A DNA stretch of 64,000 nucleotides from Elusimicrobiota bacterium (GCA_016180425.1 JACPBF010000005.1:25034-89033), one strand, 5' to 3'; positions 1 through 10,125 are shown, counted from the first letter of the stretch. Made by a program: numbers and translations. Notes: a model not told the origin generated them from the sequence alone.

Positions 1-1549
1 TTTTTTGATCCAGCCAAATGTTTTTTAGAAACGAGCAAGCCTCTTTTTCATCTTTTGGGACTAGGAAGGTTGGAGAAGTTTGAGTGATTGGGTTCGTTTC
101 TTTTTTAGAAGGCAGGAGGAGGTCATTTTCTGATATTTTTTTTTGATTTTTTTGCTCTCTGAAAAGAACTTCTTTTGCATCTTTAGTCGGGATCAGCTTG
201 TCTGGGTTGCAGAGATTGTCCGGATCAAACGCTTGTTTTATCCTGCGAAAAAGTTCCAAAGTCTCTTGTGTAAATAGCCAGCGCATCGCCTCTTTTTTGT
301 CCATGCCGATGCCATGTTCACCAGAGATAGTTCCGCCTAAATCTATGCAAACTTTAAGCATGTCAGTTCCTGCTTTTTTTACTTTTTTAGTTTCCTCTAA
401 ATTGCGTTCATCAAAAAGAATTTGCGGATGGAGATTTCCGTCCCCGGCATGAAAGATAAGAGAAAGATTTAAATTATTTTCTTCCGCAATTTTTCTTATT
501 CTGTGCTGGGCTAGAGGGAGCTTGTTCCTGGGCACAGCTCCATCTTCCACCAGTACATTGGGACTAAGCCGGGCCATGGCTGGATAGGAACCCCTTCTTC
601 CTTCCCACAGTTTTTCTCTTTCTAATTTATTTTGCGCCAAGCGAAACTCTTGGCAGAGATTTTTTTTACAGAGTTCTCTTATTTTTGTTACATCCTCATG
701 GATTTCTTCCCCGCCATCTACTTCTATCAATAAAACCGCTTCCGCATTCGTAGGATAGCCAGCGTGAATAAAAGCTTCTACAGCTTGCACGGTTATTTTA
801 TCCATGGCTTCTAGTGTCGCAGGAATGATTCCGCTAGAAATAATGTCTGTAACAGTTTGGATGGCTGCTTCTAAAGAGGGAAAAGAAACCAGCATGGTCT
901 CTACTTTTGCAGGAAGGGTCAGCAGATTTAAAGTGGCTTGGGTTACAATGCCTAAAGTTCCTTCAGAGCCAACCATGAGCCCAACCAGATCATAACCTTT
1001 TTGCAGGACTTTAAGTTCAGTGATCTCGCCATTGGGCAATACCATTTCTAGCGCAAGCACATGCTGAGAGGTAACCCCATATTTTAAACAGTGAGGCCCG
1101 CCGGCATTGGTTCCAATGTTTCCGCCAATGGTGCAGGCTTTTTGACTGGCAGGGTCAGGCGCATAATAGAGCCTATAGGGTTCTAAAGCTTTTTTTAAAA
1201 AAAGATTAGGAACACCGGGTTCAACCACAGCGCATTTTTTTTCTGGATCTATGGAAATAATCTTATTCATGCGGGTGGGCGCAATCACAACCGCTTGCTG
1301 AAGAGGAATGGTTCCGCCGCAAAGATTGGTGCCAGCTCCTCTGGCAACAAAAGGAATTTTATTTTTATAACAAATTTTTACAATAGCTGAGATCTGTTCT
1401 TTATTTTCCGGAAAAATAACTGCGGTAGGATAAGCTCGGTCTAGGGCAGCGTCGTAGGAATAAAGTCTAAGGGCGATCTCTTTATAAAGAACATTATTTT
1501 CCCCAACAATTCTTTGAAAATCCTTTAGGTTAGAGTTTTGTTTGTTCAT
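1..1549 (-). CDS. FAD-linked oxidase, GlcD / D-lactate dehydrogenase family; 3' end runs off the window
   Basis: Own translation of the minus strand from ATG at 1549 (MNKQNSNLKDFQRIVGENNVLYKE...). FAD-binding motifs VARGAGTNLCGG and CTIGGNIGTNAGGPHCLKYG. After ...FDPDNLCNPDKLIP there are more than 60 further in-frame codons to position 1. Absent from the ORF track because it is open at the edge. Confidence 0.8.
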   Translation of the reverse strand, partial: MNKQNSNLKDFQRIVGENNVLYKEIALRLYSYDAALDRAYPTAVIFPENKEQISAIVKICYKNKIPFVARGAGTNLCGGTIPLQQAVVIAPTRMNKIISIDPEKKCAVVEPGVPNLFLKKALEPYRLYYAPDPASQKACTIGGNIGTNAGGPHCLKYGVTSQHVLALEMVLPNGEITELKVLQKGYDLVGLMVGSEGTLGIVTQATLNLLTLPAKVETMLVSFPSLEAAIQTVTDIISSGIIPATLEAMDKITVQAVEAFIHAGYPTNAEAVLLIEVDGGEEIHEDVTKIRELCKKNLCQEFRLAQNKLEREKLWEGRRGSYPAMARLSPNVLVEDGAVPRNKLPLAQHRIRKIAEENNLNLSLIFHAGDGNLHPQILFDERNLEETKKVKKAGTDMLKVCIDLGGTISGEHGIGMDKKEAMRWLFTQETLELFRRIKQAFDPDNLCNPDKLIPTKDAKEVLFREQKNQKKISENDLLLPSKKETNPITQTSPTFLVPKDEKEACSFLKNIWLDQK

Positions 1550-2627
1550 TAAATCTTTTATCTAGTTTTTCTCCTCCCTGAGGGTAGGATTTTAATTTTT
1601 CTTCCACAAGTCGAAGCCGGTCTTCTGGCTGAGGGTGGGTGCTTAAAAGAAATCTTAGTTCTTTGGATTTTCCAGATTGCAGAGAGCGATTTTTAAGCAT
1701 TTGAAGGACTTGTGAAAAAGATTGAGGGTCATAGCCGGCTTTTGCCGCAAATTCTAAACCGAATCGGTCAGACTCTAACTCATCCTCTCTGGACAAACCT
1801 TTCCAAAGGGTTTGAATAGCCAGTCCTGAAATTTGTTTCATCCATGGTGCTTGGTTTGCCGCTGCTTTTATATGGGATGGGATCACAGCCTCCACCATTT
1901 TTGATTTTTGAATTTCTTTAATCACATGTTTTTGAGTCACATGCGCAACCTCATGGCCTAAAATCGCGGCTAGTTGGGATTCATCTTTTAATAAAGAGAG
2001 CAAACCTTTGGTAATAAAAATGTATCCGCCCGGGGCGGCAAAAGCATTTAACACAGGACTATTTAAAATAGCAAAATGATATTCAATATCTTTCCGCGAA
2101 GAGTTTTCTACAAGTGTCATTCCAACCAAATTTACATATTGTGTTAGAGATTCATTTTCATAAAGACCGAATTGGGCAATGACATTGGCTGCCACCTCCC
2201 TGCCCAGAGCGATTTCTTCTTCTAAACTTAAGGGACGAGCTGCTTCTTTTAATTCTTTTGAAACTGGCGCTTGGGTCATAGGGTTGGGAATTGTTTCAGA
2301 TAGGGGCGGCGCAATTTTTGTTTGAGTTTCAGGCTCTTTTACAGGATTTTTAAGGTTACCTTCCGTTATAAATTGATTGAGAGTTTGTTCTGGAACTTTT
2401 CTTTTTTCGATTTGAGCTAAAGCTTCAAAATTGCGCGCGTTTTGATCCACATCGCTTAGTTCTTCCACGCCTCTAATAGCAGCGACCGTAGTTTGTTTTG
2501 AAGAAATTTTTTTTGATTTTTTTCCAAGCTGTTTAACCCAATCTTGCGGGTTAGCGGCGAGGCCTAGAGAGGAAGAGAACATAAAACATAAAGTTAAAAC
2601 AATTTTATTAATTTTGTAATTTCTCAT
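1530..2627 (-). CDS. M48-family zinc metallopeptidase, secreted/periplasmic
   Basis: Signal-peptide-like N-terminus (MRNYKINKIVLTLCFMFSSSLGLAA). HExxH motif in ILGHEVAHVTQKH, with downstream E...D acidic residues typical of M48 (BepA/YfgC-like). Confidence 0.8.
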   Translation of the reverse strand: MRNYKINKIVLTLCFMFSSSLGLAANPQDWVKQLGKKSKKISSKQTTVAAIRGVEELSDVDQNARNFEALAQIEKRKVPEQTLNQFITEGNLKNPVKEPETQTKIAPPLSETIPNPMTQAPVSKELKEAARPLSLEEEIALGREVAANVIAQFGLYENESLTQYVNLVGMTLVENSSRKDIEYHFAILNSPVLNAFAAPGGYIFITKGLLSLLKDESQLAAILGHEVAHVTQKHVIKEIQKSKMVEAVIPSHIKAAANQAPWMKQISGLAIQTLWKGLSREDELESDRFGLEFAAKAGYDPQSFSQVLQMLKNRSLQSGKSKELRFLLSTHPQPEDRLRLVEEKLKSYPQGGEKLDKRFNEQTKL

Positions 2628-2632
2628 TTTAC

Positions 2633-3643
2633 TTACTCCTTTGAAAAAAGATTAAGGGTTTGGCTTGCGCCGATGTTTTCAAAAATATCCGCAGCGCATA
2701 TCCGAACCCATGTTTTTCCTTCTTTACCAATGGGGACATGGCTTATATTTAAACTAAAAATATAGGGAGCGTTCCAAAGAAATTTCCCATGCCTTCCCCA
2801 AGTTTTATTGTCCGTAGAAATTTCAAGCCAGGCCCTTTCTATAGAATTGCCCTCAATTAAAGCGTGAATGATCTTTTTTAATTTTTCTCGAGCTAGAGAT
2901 TTTTGATCCTCTATTTTAATAATTTCTATTTTTGGCGCAAGTTGTTGGCTCACATCTTGGACTAATTTTAAAGCGATGGCAGGCTCAAAAATGGTGATGG
3001 GTGAGGCGCTCCCTGCTTTAATATTTTGCGGAGGGGAACCTTGAGCGTTAGTTATCAGCCAGGAATTAATCTCTTTGTTTCCCCATCCCGCGGCAAGAAT
3101 AGGAGAGTTTTTTGCGGAATTAAATTCTTTAGTAGGAGACCAAAGCGCAATATAGTTTTTGCCTCCTTTTTGGATTTGTTCTTGTTTTATTTCTACCCAG
3201 AACCAGCGGGATTCCCCAACCCCTTCTAAAGCGTTTTCACTGTCCGGCTCTATTGGAAGTTCCTTAGAATTTATTAAGGAATAGGATTCCTTTTTATTCC
3301 AAGAAAATGTGGAAGAAATTGCCATGAAGATTTCACCTGGAATGATTTCTTTTTCCCAAGGTTGTTTGCCTTGAGCCCCTGCTGTTTTTGCTCTGCCTAA
3401 TTTTGCGCCTAGAAAGCCTCGTTTAAAATTAATTTCTTGAGGGACAAAAATTTCTTGAATCCAGCAGGTATTGCTTCCCACATACCAGTTGCCGTCCCAT
3501 CCGCTATTTGCAAACAAAACAAAATCATTAGGATTAGGAATATCTGAAAGAAAAAAAATCTTTTCTTTTTCTTGCGCGGAAAGAAGTTTAGAATAAATGA
3601 GAAAAAAGGTTAGAAGAAAAAAGAGCCTGAGAGCTCGGCTCAT
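2633..3643 (-). CDS. hypothetical secreted protein
   Basis: 336-aa ORF with a signal-peptide-like start (MSRALRLFFLLTFFLIYSKLLSAQ). Tightly packed between parB and the M48 gene on the same strand. No family recognised. Confidence 0.6.
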   Translation of the reverse strand: MSRALRLFFLLTFFLIYSKLLSAQEKEKIFFLSDIPNPNDFVLFANSGWDGNWYVGSNTCWIQEIFVPQEINFKRGFLGAKLGRAKTAGAQGKQPWEKEIIPGEIFMAISSTFSWNKKESYSLINSKELPIEPDSENALEGVGESRWFWVEIKQEQIQKGGKNYIALWSPTKEFNSAKNSPILAAGWGNKEINSWLITNAQGSPPQNIKAGSASPITIFEPAIALKLVQDVSQQLAPKIEIIKIEDQKSLAREKLKKIIHALIEGNSIERAWLEISTDNKTWGRHGKFLWNAPYIFSLNISHVPIGKEGKTWVRICAADIFENIGASQTLNLFSKE

Positions 3644-3654
3644 GTTAAAAAATA

Positions 3655-4560
3655 TTATTTATTTAAGAGAGCAACGATCCTTTCCATATCTTCTAAGGAG
3701 AAAAACCAAATTCTTAAAGAACCTTTAATGGAAGTCCCTTTGCCAGTGGACAATATTTGCACTTTTGTTCCTAGTGTTTGCTGCAGCCTATCTTCTATAT
3801 GACGGATTTCCGGATCTTTTCTTTTAGGACCTTTTAGTTTGCCTGTTGCGTATGCCTCTTTCCAGTCCGATACAATCTTTTCCACGTCCCGCACCGTTAA
3901 ATGTTCATTTAAAATTCTTTGAGAAAGTTCTTTTTGCACAGATTCATCACTGACTGAAACAAGGGTTCTGGCATGGCCGGCAGATATGCTGCCAGAGGCT
4001 ACGGCATCCTGTAGGGATTGAGGCAGTTGCAATAATCGCAAGGTGTTGGCAATGACCACGCGTCCTTTGCCAATGGTTTTAGCCAGTTCTTCCTGGGTAA
4101 GATTAAATTCATCTAGCAACCGTTTAAAAGCAAAAGCTTCTTCAATTGGGTTTAAATCTTCTCGCTGTAGGTTTTCGACTAAAGCGATCTGAAATTGTTC
4201 TTTATCAGAAACGTTTTTGATTACAATAGGAACTTCTCTCAAGCCTGCTATTTTAGCAGCTCTCCAGCGCCTTTCACCCGCAATTAGTTCATATTCCTGA
4301 TCTCCGTTATTTAATGAAGGAGAGCTGCACGCAACCACTAAAGGCTGAATTAATCCCTGCTCTTCTATAGATTGGGCAAGTTCTTTTAAGCTGTCTGGAT
4401 TAAAGTGGGTCCTGGGCTGATACCGGCTGGGTTTAATTTTTGAAATGGGAACAATTTTAGAGTTGTGGTCATTCTGTATCTCCTGGATTTGATTTTGTTC
4501 CAGTTTGATTGGTTTAGGAATTAATGATTCCAGCCCTCTGCCTAATCCTCTTGTTTGCAT
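3655..4560 (-). CDS. parB: chromosome partitioning protein ParB/Spo0J
   Basis: N-terminal GLGRGLESLIP, the ParB box LIAGERRWRAAKIAGL, an HTH region, and position downstream of parA. Confidence 0.9.
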   Translation of the reverse strand: MQTRGLGRGLESLIPKPIKLEQNQIQEIQNDHNSKIVPISKIKPSRYQPRTHFNPDSLKELAQSIEEQGLIQPLVVACSSPSLNNGDQEYELIAGERRWRAAKIAGLREVPIVIKNVSDKEQFQIALVENLQREDLNPIEEAFAFKRLLDEFNLTQEELAKTIGKGRVVIANTLRLLQLPQSLQDAVASGSISAGHARTLVSVSDESVQKELSQRILNEHLTVRDVEKIVSDWKEAYATGKLKGPKRKDPEIRHIEDRLQQTLGTKVQILSTGKGTSIKGSLRIWFFSLEDMERIVALLNK

Positions 4561-4575
4561 ATAAATACTCCCGGT

Positions 4576-5406
4576 CTATTGGACCACTAAATCTTTTTCA
4601 ACTTCTTCAGCTGATTTTTTAATGGAAAGATATTCTACATTGACTCCATTTTTTTCTAAAAATTCTTTGGAAATTTGGAAATAGGATTGAGCTCCTTTAG
4701 AAGAAGGGTCATGAAGAATAACAGGTTTGCCAAAACTGGGAGATTCTGCTAATCGCACATTTCTAGGCACTAGAGTTTTATAAGCTTTTTCATTAAAAAC
4801 TTTTTGAACCTCAGCCACCACATCTTTTGAAAGTTTTACTCTTGCATCGTACATGGTTAGAATCACACCCTCTATTTCTAGACCAGGGTTCAAATATTGT
4901 TTTACGCGGTTGATGGTATCCATGAGTTGGGAAAGACCTTCCAAGGCATAATATTCACATTGCAAGGGGATGAGCACAGAGTTCGCAGCGCAAAGCGCGT
5001 TTAAAGTCATGAGCCCTAAAGAAGGGGGACAATCAATAAAAATATATTGATAAACTGAATCCAGCTCTGCCAGCAGAGTTTTTAATTTATGTTCTCTGCC
5101 CTCTTGTTGGATCAGCTCTACTTCCGCTCCAATAAGATCAATATTAGAAGGAATAATATCTAACCATTCAATAATCCCTGGGCGTATTACTTCAGAAATT
5201 ATTTTGTCGCCCATGAGAGCATTGTAGATGCTTCCATTGCCAGCGTTTTTATCCACTCCAAGTCCAGAAGTGGCATTTGCTTGCGGATCCAAATCTATGA
5301 GCAGAGTTTCATGTCCGTAATGAGCAACCCCAGCCGCAAGATTGACAGCTGTAGTGGTTTTTCCAACACCGCCTTTTTGATTCGCCACAGCAATGACTTT
5401 TGCCAT
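4576..5406 (-). CDS. parA: chromosome partitioning ATPase ParA/Soj
   Basis: Deviant Walker A in KVIAVANQKGGVGKTTTAVNLAA. The track start at 5424 is a TTG; the ATG at 5406 (MAKVIAV...) fits the usual N-terminus better. Confidence 0.9.
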   Translation of the reverse strand: MAKVIAVANQKGGVGKTTTAVNLAAGVAHYGHETLLIDLDPQANATSGLGVDKNAGNGSIYNALMGDKIISEVIRPGIIEWLDIIPSNIDLIGAEVELIQQEGREHKLKTLLAELDSVYQYIFIDCPPSLGLMTLNALCAANSVLIPLQCEYYALEGLSQLMDTINRVKQYLNPGLEIEGVILTMYDARVKLSKDVVAEVQKVFNEKAYKTLVPRNVRLAESPSFGKPVILHDPSSKGAQSYFQISKEFLEKNGVNVEYLSIKKSAEEVEKDLVVQ

Positions 5407-5506
5407 AGAAAAGCATTCTATCAAAGTTTTTTTTTAAAACCAAATTTTAGCGCAAGACCCCTTGTCCCTTGCAGCTTAACAAGACCATTTTGTAAAATAA
5501 AAAATT

Positions 5507-7030
5507 ATGGATAAGGTTCGAGTTCGATTTGCTCCTTCCCCGACTGGCTTTTTGCATATTGGCGGGGCAAGGACCGCTCTTTTTAATTGGCTTTTTGCGC
5601 GCAAAATGAAAGGCGCATTTATTCTTCGCATTGAAGATACGGATGAAGTGCGTTCTACGGAAGAATCTGTGAATGCGATTTTGCGTGGAATGGAATGGTT
5701 GGGATTAGATTGGGATGAAGGGCCGGATTTTTTTAATGACCCCACTAATAAAGTTCAAATAACAGCAAAGGCAAAAGGCGAATATGGCCCCTACTTCCAA
5801 ATGTCGCGGCTAGATCTCTACAAAAAATATGCGGATCAATTAATGAAGAGCGGGAATGCTTACCATTGTTATTGCTCGCCTGAAGAACTTGAGGCGATGC
5901 GAACTCGCGCGATGTTGGCAAAACGGCCTCCAAAATATGATGGCAGATGCCGAACCTTATCCCAAGAAAAAAAAGATGAGTTTGAAAAATCTGGAAGAAA
6001 ACCAGTAGTCCGGTTTAAAACACCTTCTCAAGGCGTCACTGAATTTGAAGATATTGTGCGCGGCCATGTTACTTTTGAAAATGCGCTTTTAGATGATTTT
6101 GTGCTTTTAAAAGCATCCGGGATTCCCACCTATCAGTTTGCTGTAGTGATAGACGACTATTTGATGAAAGTGACTCACGTGGTTCGCGGGGACGATCACC
6201 TATCCAACACCCCCAGACAGATTTTAATTTTCCATGGTTTGGGTTGGAGCGATTTTATTAAGAATTTAAAGTTTGCTCACCTTTCCATGATTTTGGGTCC
6301 TGACGGGTCACGGCTTTCTAAAAGACATGGAGCCACTTCAGTAGAAGAGTATAAAAATCAGGGATATTTGCCGGAAGCAGTTATAAATTATCTTTCGCTT
6401 CTTGGCTGGTCCACTGAAGACAGCCAACAATTATTTGAAAAAGAAGATCTCATTCAAAAGTTTGCGCTGGAACGCTGCGGAAAAAGCGCTGCGATTTTCG
6501 ACCCGCAAAAACTCCTTTGGATGAATGGAGAATATATTCGTAAATCAAATGTGGATGATCTTACAAAAAAAGCTCTTCCATTTATAAAAGAAGCAGGTCT
6601 CATAAAAGATGAGAACTTTTCTAAAGAAGAATTTGAGTTTATTAAAGCATGCGTTAGGCTTGAGCAGGAAAAAATAAAACTGCTTTCAGATGTGCCAAAA
6701 CTAATTGATTTTTTGGTAAAAGACGATTTTGAATACGATGCAAAAGCTGTAGAAAAAGTTTTGAAGGTGCCGGGTACGATTGGGCTTCTTTTAGGGTTAA
6801 AAGATAAGATCTCAGCGCTTTCAGAATTTACCGCAGCTTCTGTAGAAAAACTTTGCCGGGATCTGGCAACGGAAAAAAATATTAAAACCGGAGCTGTGTT
6901 TCACCCATTGCGGGTTGCAACCTCTGGCCGCACCCAGGGCCCAAGTTTATTTCATTACATGGAAGTCTTAGGAAAAGAGAAAATTTTAGCGCGTCTCCAA
7001 AAAACCTGCGCTACTTTCGCTGTGCATTGA
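5507..7030 (+). CDS. gltX: glutamate--tRNA ligase
   Basis: Class I signatures: PSPTGFLHIGGARTALFNW (HIGH region) and RLSKRHG (KMSKS-like). Length of 507 aa is typical. Confidence 0.95.
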   Translation: MDKVRVRFAPSPTGFLHIGGARTALFNWLFARKMKGAFILRIEDTDEVRSTEESVNAILRGMEWLGLDWDEGPDFFNDPTNKVQITAKAKGEYGPYFQMSRLDLYKKYADQLMKSGNAYHCYCSPEELEAMRTRAMLAKRPPKYDGRCRTLSQEKKDEFEKSGRKPVVRFKTPSQGVTEFEDIVRGHVTFENALLDDFVLLKASGIPTYQFAVVIDDYLMKVTHVVRGDDHLSNTPRQILIFHGLGWSDFIKNLKFAHLSMILGPDGSRLSKRHGATSVEEYKNQGYLPEAVINYLSLLGWSTEDSQQLFEKEDLIQKFALERCGKSAAIFDPQKLLWMNGEYIRKSNVDDLTKKALPFIKEAGLIKDENFSKEEFEFIKACVRLEQEKIKLLSDVPKLIDFLVKDDFEYDAKAVEKVLKVPGTIGLLLGLKDKISALSEFTAASVEKLCRDLATEKNIKTGAVFHPLRVATSGRTQGPSLFHYMEVLGKEKILARLQKTCATFAVH

Positions 7031-7169
7031 TAAATATGGCTAGAAATTTTTCTGCTTTTTACAGTTTTTGTGGCTTGTATTCGTGTTTTATTTTATTGGA
7101 TATGTGCGATTAGCCAAAAAAGCAGAAGCTAAAAAATTCATACGCGAAATCAATTTTAGAGATTTTAAT

Positions 7170-7243
7170 TGCCGGGTAGTATAATGGTAATACAGACGAC
7201 TCTGAATCGTCTATTCTAGGTTCGAGTCCTAGCCCGGCAGCCA
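7170..7243 (+). tRNA. tRNA-Gln (anticodon CUG), CCA encoded
   Basis: Manual cloverleaf. Acceptor TGCCGGG/CCCGGCA (U1:A72), D stem GTAT/ATAC, anticodon stem GACGA/TCGTC with loop CTCTGAA, T arm CTAGG-TTCGAGT-CCTAG, discriminator G, then CCA. Confidence 0.85.
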
Positions 7244-7340
7244 GATATATGACAAAAAAATTCAAAAAACTCTGCAAAGCGATCAACACCAAAGGCAAGA
7301 AATGCATTGTACCCGCCTCCCCCAGCAGTGACTACTTATT

Positions 7341-7991
7341 ATGAAAATCACTTATCCTTTTTCTTTGGAGGCTCAGATCGCAGTCGGGTTCGAACGGCTG
7401 CAGACTCTTTATCGCAGCTTATTGCATGAGAATGCCACGGAACTGAATCTTACAGCGCTCCAGATACAAATCCTTTCCACTCTGCAAACCTACCCCCAAG
7501 GCATTTCCATCAATTCATTGTCACATCATTTGAGGTTGACCCATCCCACATTGAGCGATGCAGTTAGCGTATTAGTTAGAAAAAAGTTAGTAAATAAGCG
7601 TCTCTTTCCCCAAGATAGGAGGGCGGTAGTTTTGCAATTAACTCCTAAAGGAGTACAAAAATCTGGAGCGGCATCCCACTGGATCCAAATCATATCTGAG
7701 AGCATGTCTTCCATGAGTTTAGATCAGAAATCAAGCCTGTTAAAAGCGCTTCTTCAGATAATTGATCAACTCAAAAGTTCCGGCATGATTGAAGTTGCGC
7801 GCATGTGCATTCGTTGCAGCCACTTTCGTGCTAATGTACATCCAGGATCGGCTGCCCCGCATCACTGTTCCTTTATGGACAAGCCTCTTAGAGAAAATAA
7901 TTTGAAAACGGATTGCCCTTTATTTGCTGAAAAGATATTGGGAAATAGCTTAAGAGATGGAGGAGAAAACGATTATGAACGGAATCGCTGA
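7341..7991 (+). CDS. MarR-family transcriptional regulator with Cys/His-rich C-terminal extension
   Basis: Winged-helix region LTALQIQILSTLQ...ISINSLSHHLRLTHPTLSDAVSVLVRKKLV...DRRAVVLQLTPKG. C-terminal CIRCSHF...HHCSF...DCPLF. Confidence 0.7.
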   Translation: MKITYPFSLEAQIAVGFERLQTLYRSLLHENATELNLTALQIQILSTLQTYPQGISINSLSHHLRLTHPTLSDAVSVLVRKKLVNKRLFPQDRRAVVLQLTPKGVQKSGAASHWIQIISESMSSMSLDQKSSLLKALLQIIDQLKSSGMIEVARMCIRCSHFRANVHPGSAAPHHCSFMDKPLRENNLKTDCPLFAEKILGNSLRDGGENDYERNR

Positions 7992-8460
7992 TTTTATGAG
8001 CAAAGACCATGACAGATTAGACGGCCTTTTCAAGGAGTTCCAAACAAAAAAAAATCAGGAGACAGAGAGCGCTAAAAATTCGTTCTTTGATTTTAAGTCC
8101 GGGCTGGAAAGACATATTGTTTGGGAAGAAGAGATTTTATTCCCAATCTTTGAAGAGAGGACCGGTATGCAAGGCGGGCCGACAGCCGTTATGAGAATGG
8201 AGCATATTCAAATCAAAGGATTGCTGAGCAGTATTTATGATCAGATCTTGAAAATAAATTTTGAGACGGAATCTCTGGAGTCTCAACTTTCTGGCATCCT
8301 ATCTTCCCATAACGTAAAAGAAGAAAATGTTTTATATCCTTGGATAGATCAAACTTTGTCCTTGGAGGAGATTGAAAAAACGCTTCAGAAGATTCATTTC
8401 ATGGATCTCGAAAAGCAAGAAAAAGTAAATCCTGTAAAGTTGGAGAAAATTTATGACTGA
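7975..8460 (+). CDS. hemerythrin-like (HHE cation-binding) domain protein
   Basis: DHDRLDGLFKEF, HIVWEEEILFP and MRMEHIQIKGLL match His/Glu-rich hemerythrin-type helices. The ATG at 7975 has GGAGGAG 9 nt upstream; the track start at 7957 is an alternative. Confidence 0.65.
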   Translation: MNGIADFMSKDHDRLDGLFKEFQTKKNQETESAKNSFFDFKSGLERHIVWEEEILFPIFEERTGMQGGPTAVMRMEHIQIKGLLSSIYDQILKINFETESLESQLSGILSSHNVKEENVLYPWIDQTLSLEEIEKTLQKIHFMDLEKQEKVNPVKLEKIYD

Positions 8461-8693
8461 CATCAATCTAACCCAGCAAACTCTGACGGAGCCTGCGTGG
8501 ATGCTTGTGTGACGTACTGCTTAAAGATTCAATCAGGAATTGCTGCCCTTTTAGATCCCAACATTTGTGGCAGCGAAGAGCATTGCATCACGCCCTGCCA
8601 GGAAAAGGCAATTTACATGGATTGGGTGGAGTCGTTAGGCAACAGGAGGATTGGGAAGTGGCGTTAGAAAGATGATAAGGATTAAAAGGATCT

Positions 8694-9083
8694 ATGACAA
8701 CCGCAGATTTACAGATAACAGATAGGGTTAGAGAAATTTTAACCCAGGAAGGGCCTGCGGCATTTTTTACAAGCGGCGTTAACGGTTTCCATCTGGTCGC
8801 GACTTGGAACAGCCAAATTCAAGTGTTGAGTGAGAATAGACTGGCTGTGCCTGCTTTTCGATATTACAAAACCGAAGAGAATCTAAAACATTCGGACCGA
8901 TTTCAAATGATCGTGGCTTCGCGGGAAATAAGAAAAAAGTATGGCAGAGGCGGAGGATACAGACTTTCAGGCCGGATTCATTTTGAGACCAGCGGCGCAG
9001 CCTACGACCTTATCAAAGGCAAATTTGATCGTGCAAGAGCGGCTTTGGTTTTGGAAGTGGAACGCTCAGAAGAGTTGACCTAA
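8694..9083 (+). CDS. small protein, tentatively FMN-binding split-barrel (PNPOx-like) family
   Basis: 129-aa ORF. The N-terminal pattern (...ILTQEGPAAFFTSGVNGFHLVATWNS...) resembles pyridoxamine-5'-phosphate-oxidase-like proteins. Recognised by eye only. Confidence 0.35.
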   Translation: MTTADLQITDRVREILTQEGPAAFFTSGVNGFHLVATWNSQIQVLSENRLAVPAFRYYKTEENLKHSDRFQMIVASREIRKKYGRGGGYRLSGRIHFETSGAAYDLIKGKFDRARAALVLEVERSEELT

Positions 9084-9501
9084 AATATTCCCAAAAGTTT
9101 GCTTGTTGGGCTATTGCGTGATTTGTCCAATTACGGATTGATTAGGACAAAATTCGGTCCGCAAGGAGGAGTGATTAAAACCGATCATTGCGAACAAGAA
9201 CGATCACAGGCACGATCTAGGGCAAAAATCCCGACATCTATTTTTGTGGTTTAGACAACTTTATCTGCATTGCTTTTTCGCCAAGGGAAGCGATATCCGG
9301 AAATAATTGGGGATTCTGATCTCGAAGATTGCGCCGCGCTGATACAGCAACATTTTTTTAAGATAACTATACTCTTCTTGAATGGAAACCCAATTATCCT
9401 GGGCAGAGTCAGCATCCCCTCTTAGCCCTTTTAAAAAGAAATAAGTAAAAAGTCCGTGTTTCTGATCTTCATGGCTGCCGTTAGAAGACTCTATAACTAT
9501 T

Positions 9502-10125
9502 TTATTCGCTTTTATAAGTTTGAACCAAGTCCTTGGAAAGTTTTTCTGAAAGATTTTGCACAGCTTTTTGGGTCATGGATTGAATGGTCGCCAGATCGCC
9601 GATTTTTCCGCCAAACGCATGTTTTTCAGCAGTTTTCGACTTTCCAATAGCTCTGCCAGAGGCTAACACCTCGCCAGTTTGAATATCCACGACTTTTACC
9701 TCTGCTTCAACTTCCACAAAACGCACTGTTTTTTCAGCAAACTTTACGCTGCGCCATTCATCCCGAACGGAAACTGAAACTACTGAACCCAAAAGATAGG
9801 CTTGAGCTCCTAAATGTTTTCCTAATTGAAGCGCGGTCTCAGGATTGACCATACCCATTTGCTGGTACTTTATTTCCTTAAGCAGAGCGTCAACCCGCTC
9901 TCTTTCAATAATTCTAAAAACTTTTTTCTTGACTAATTCTGATGCCACAGCTTGCGCTAGTCCTTCTTCTATTCCTGCATACTTTGGATTTTCAGCTTTG
10001 TAAGTAAAGGGTATCACAGCTACAAGTATCCTATTATTTTTGTTTGCTGCCATGATTTGAGATATGGAGAAAACGTTGAAGTAAAATGTCCCTGCCAGCA
10101 GCAACGCTAAATTTTTAATTTTCAT
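9502..10125 (-). CDS. CsgG/HfaB-family periplasmic/outer-membrane-associated protein
   Basis: Signal sequence, then VAVIPF...LAQAVASELVKKKVFRIIERERVDALLKEIKYQQMG...LGKHLGAQAYLLGSV, the typical CsgG-family core pattern. Confidence 0.55.
   Translation of the reverse strand: MKIKNLALLLAGTFYFNVFSISQIMAANKNNRILVAVIPFTYKAENPKYAGIEEGLAQAVASELVKKKVFRIIERERVDALLKEIKYQQMGMVNPETALQLGKHLGAQAYLLGSVVSVSVRDEWRSVKFAEKTVRFVEVEAEVKVVDIQTGEVLASGRAIGKSKTAEKHAFGGKIGDLATIQSMTQKAVQNLSEKLSKDLVQTYKSE

Noticed and set aside
5476-5933. Minus-strand ORFs 5476-5745 and 5745-5933.
   Set aside because: They are antisense to the 5' part of gltX, which has unambiguous class I synthetase motifs.
7110-7307. 65-aa minus-strand ORF.
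   Set aside because: It lies antisense across a well-formed tRNA-Gln gene (7170-7243), so it is spurious.
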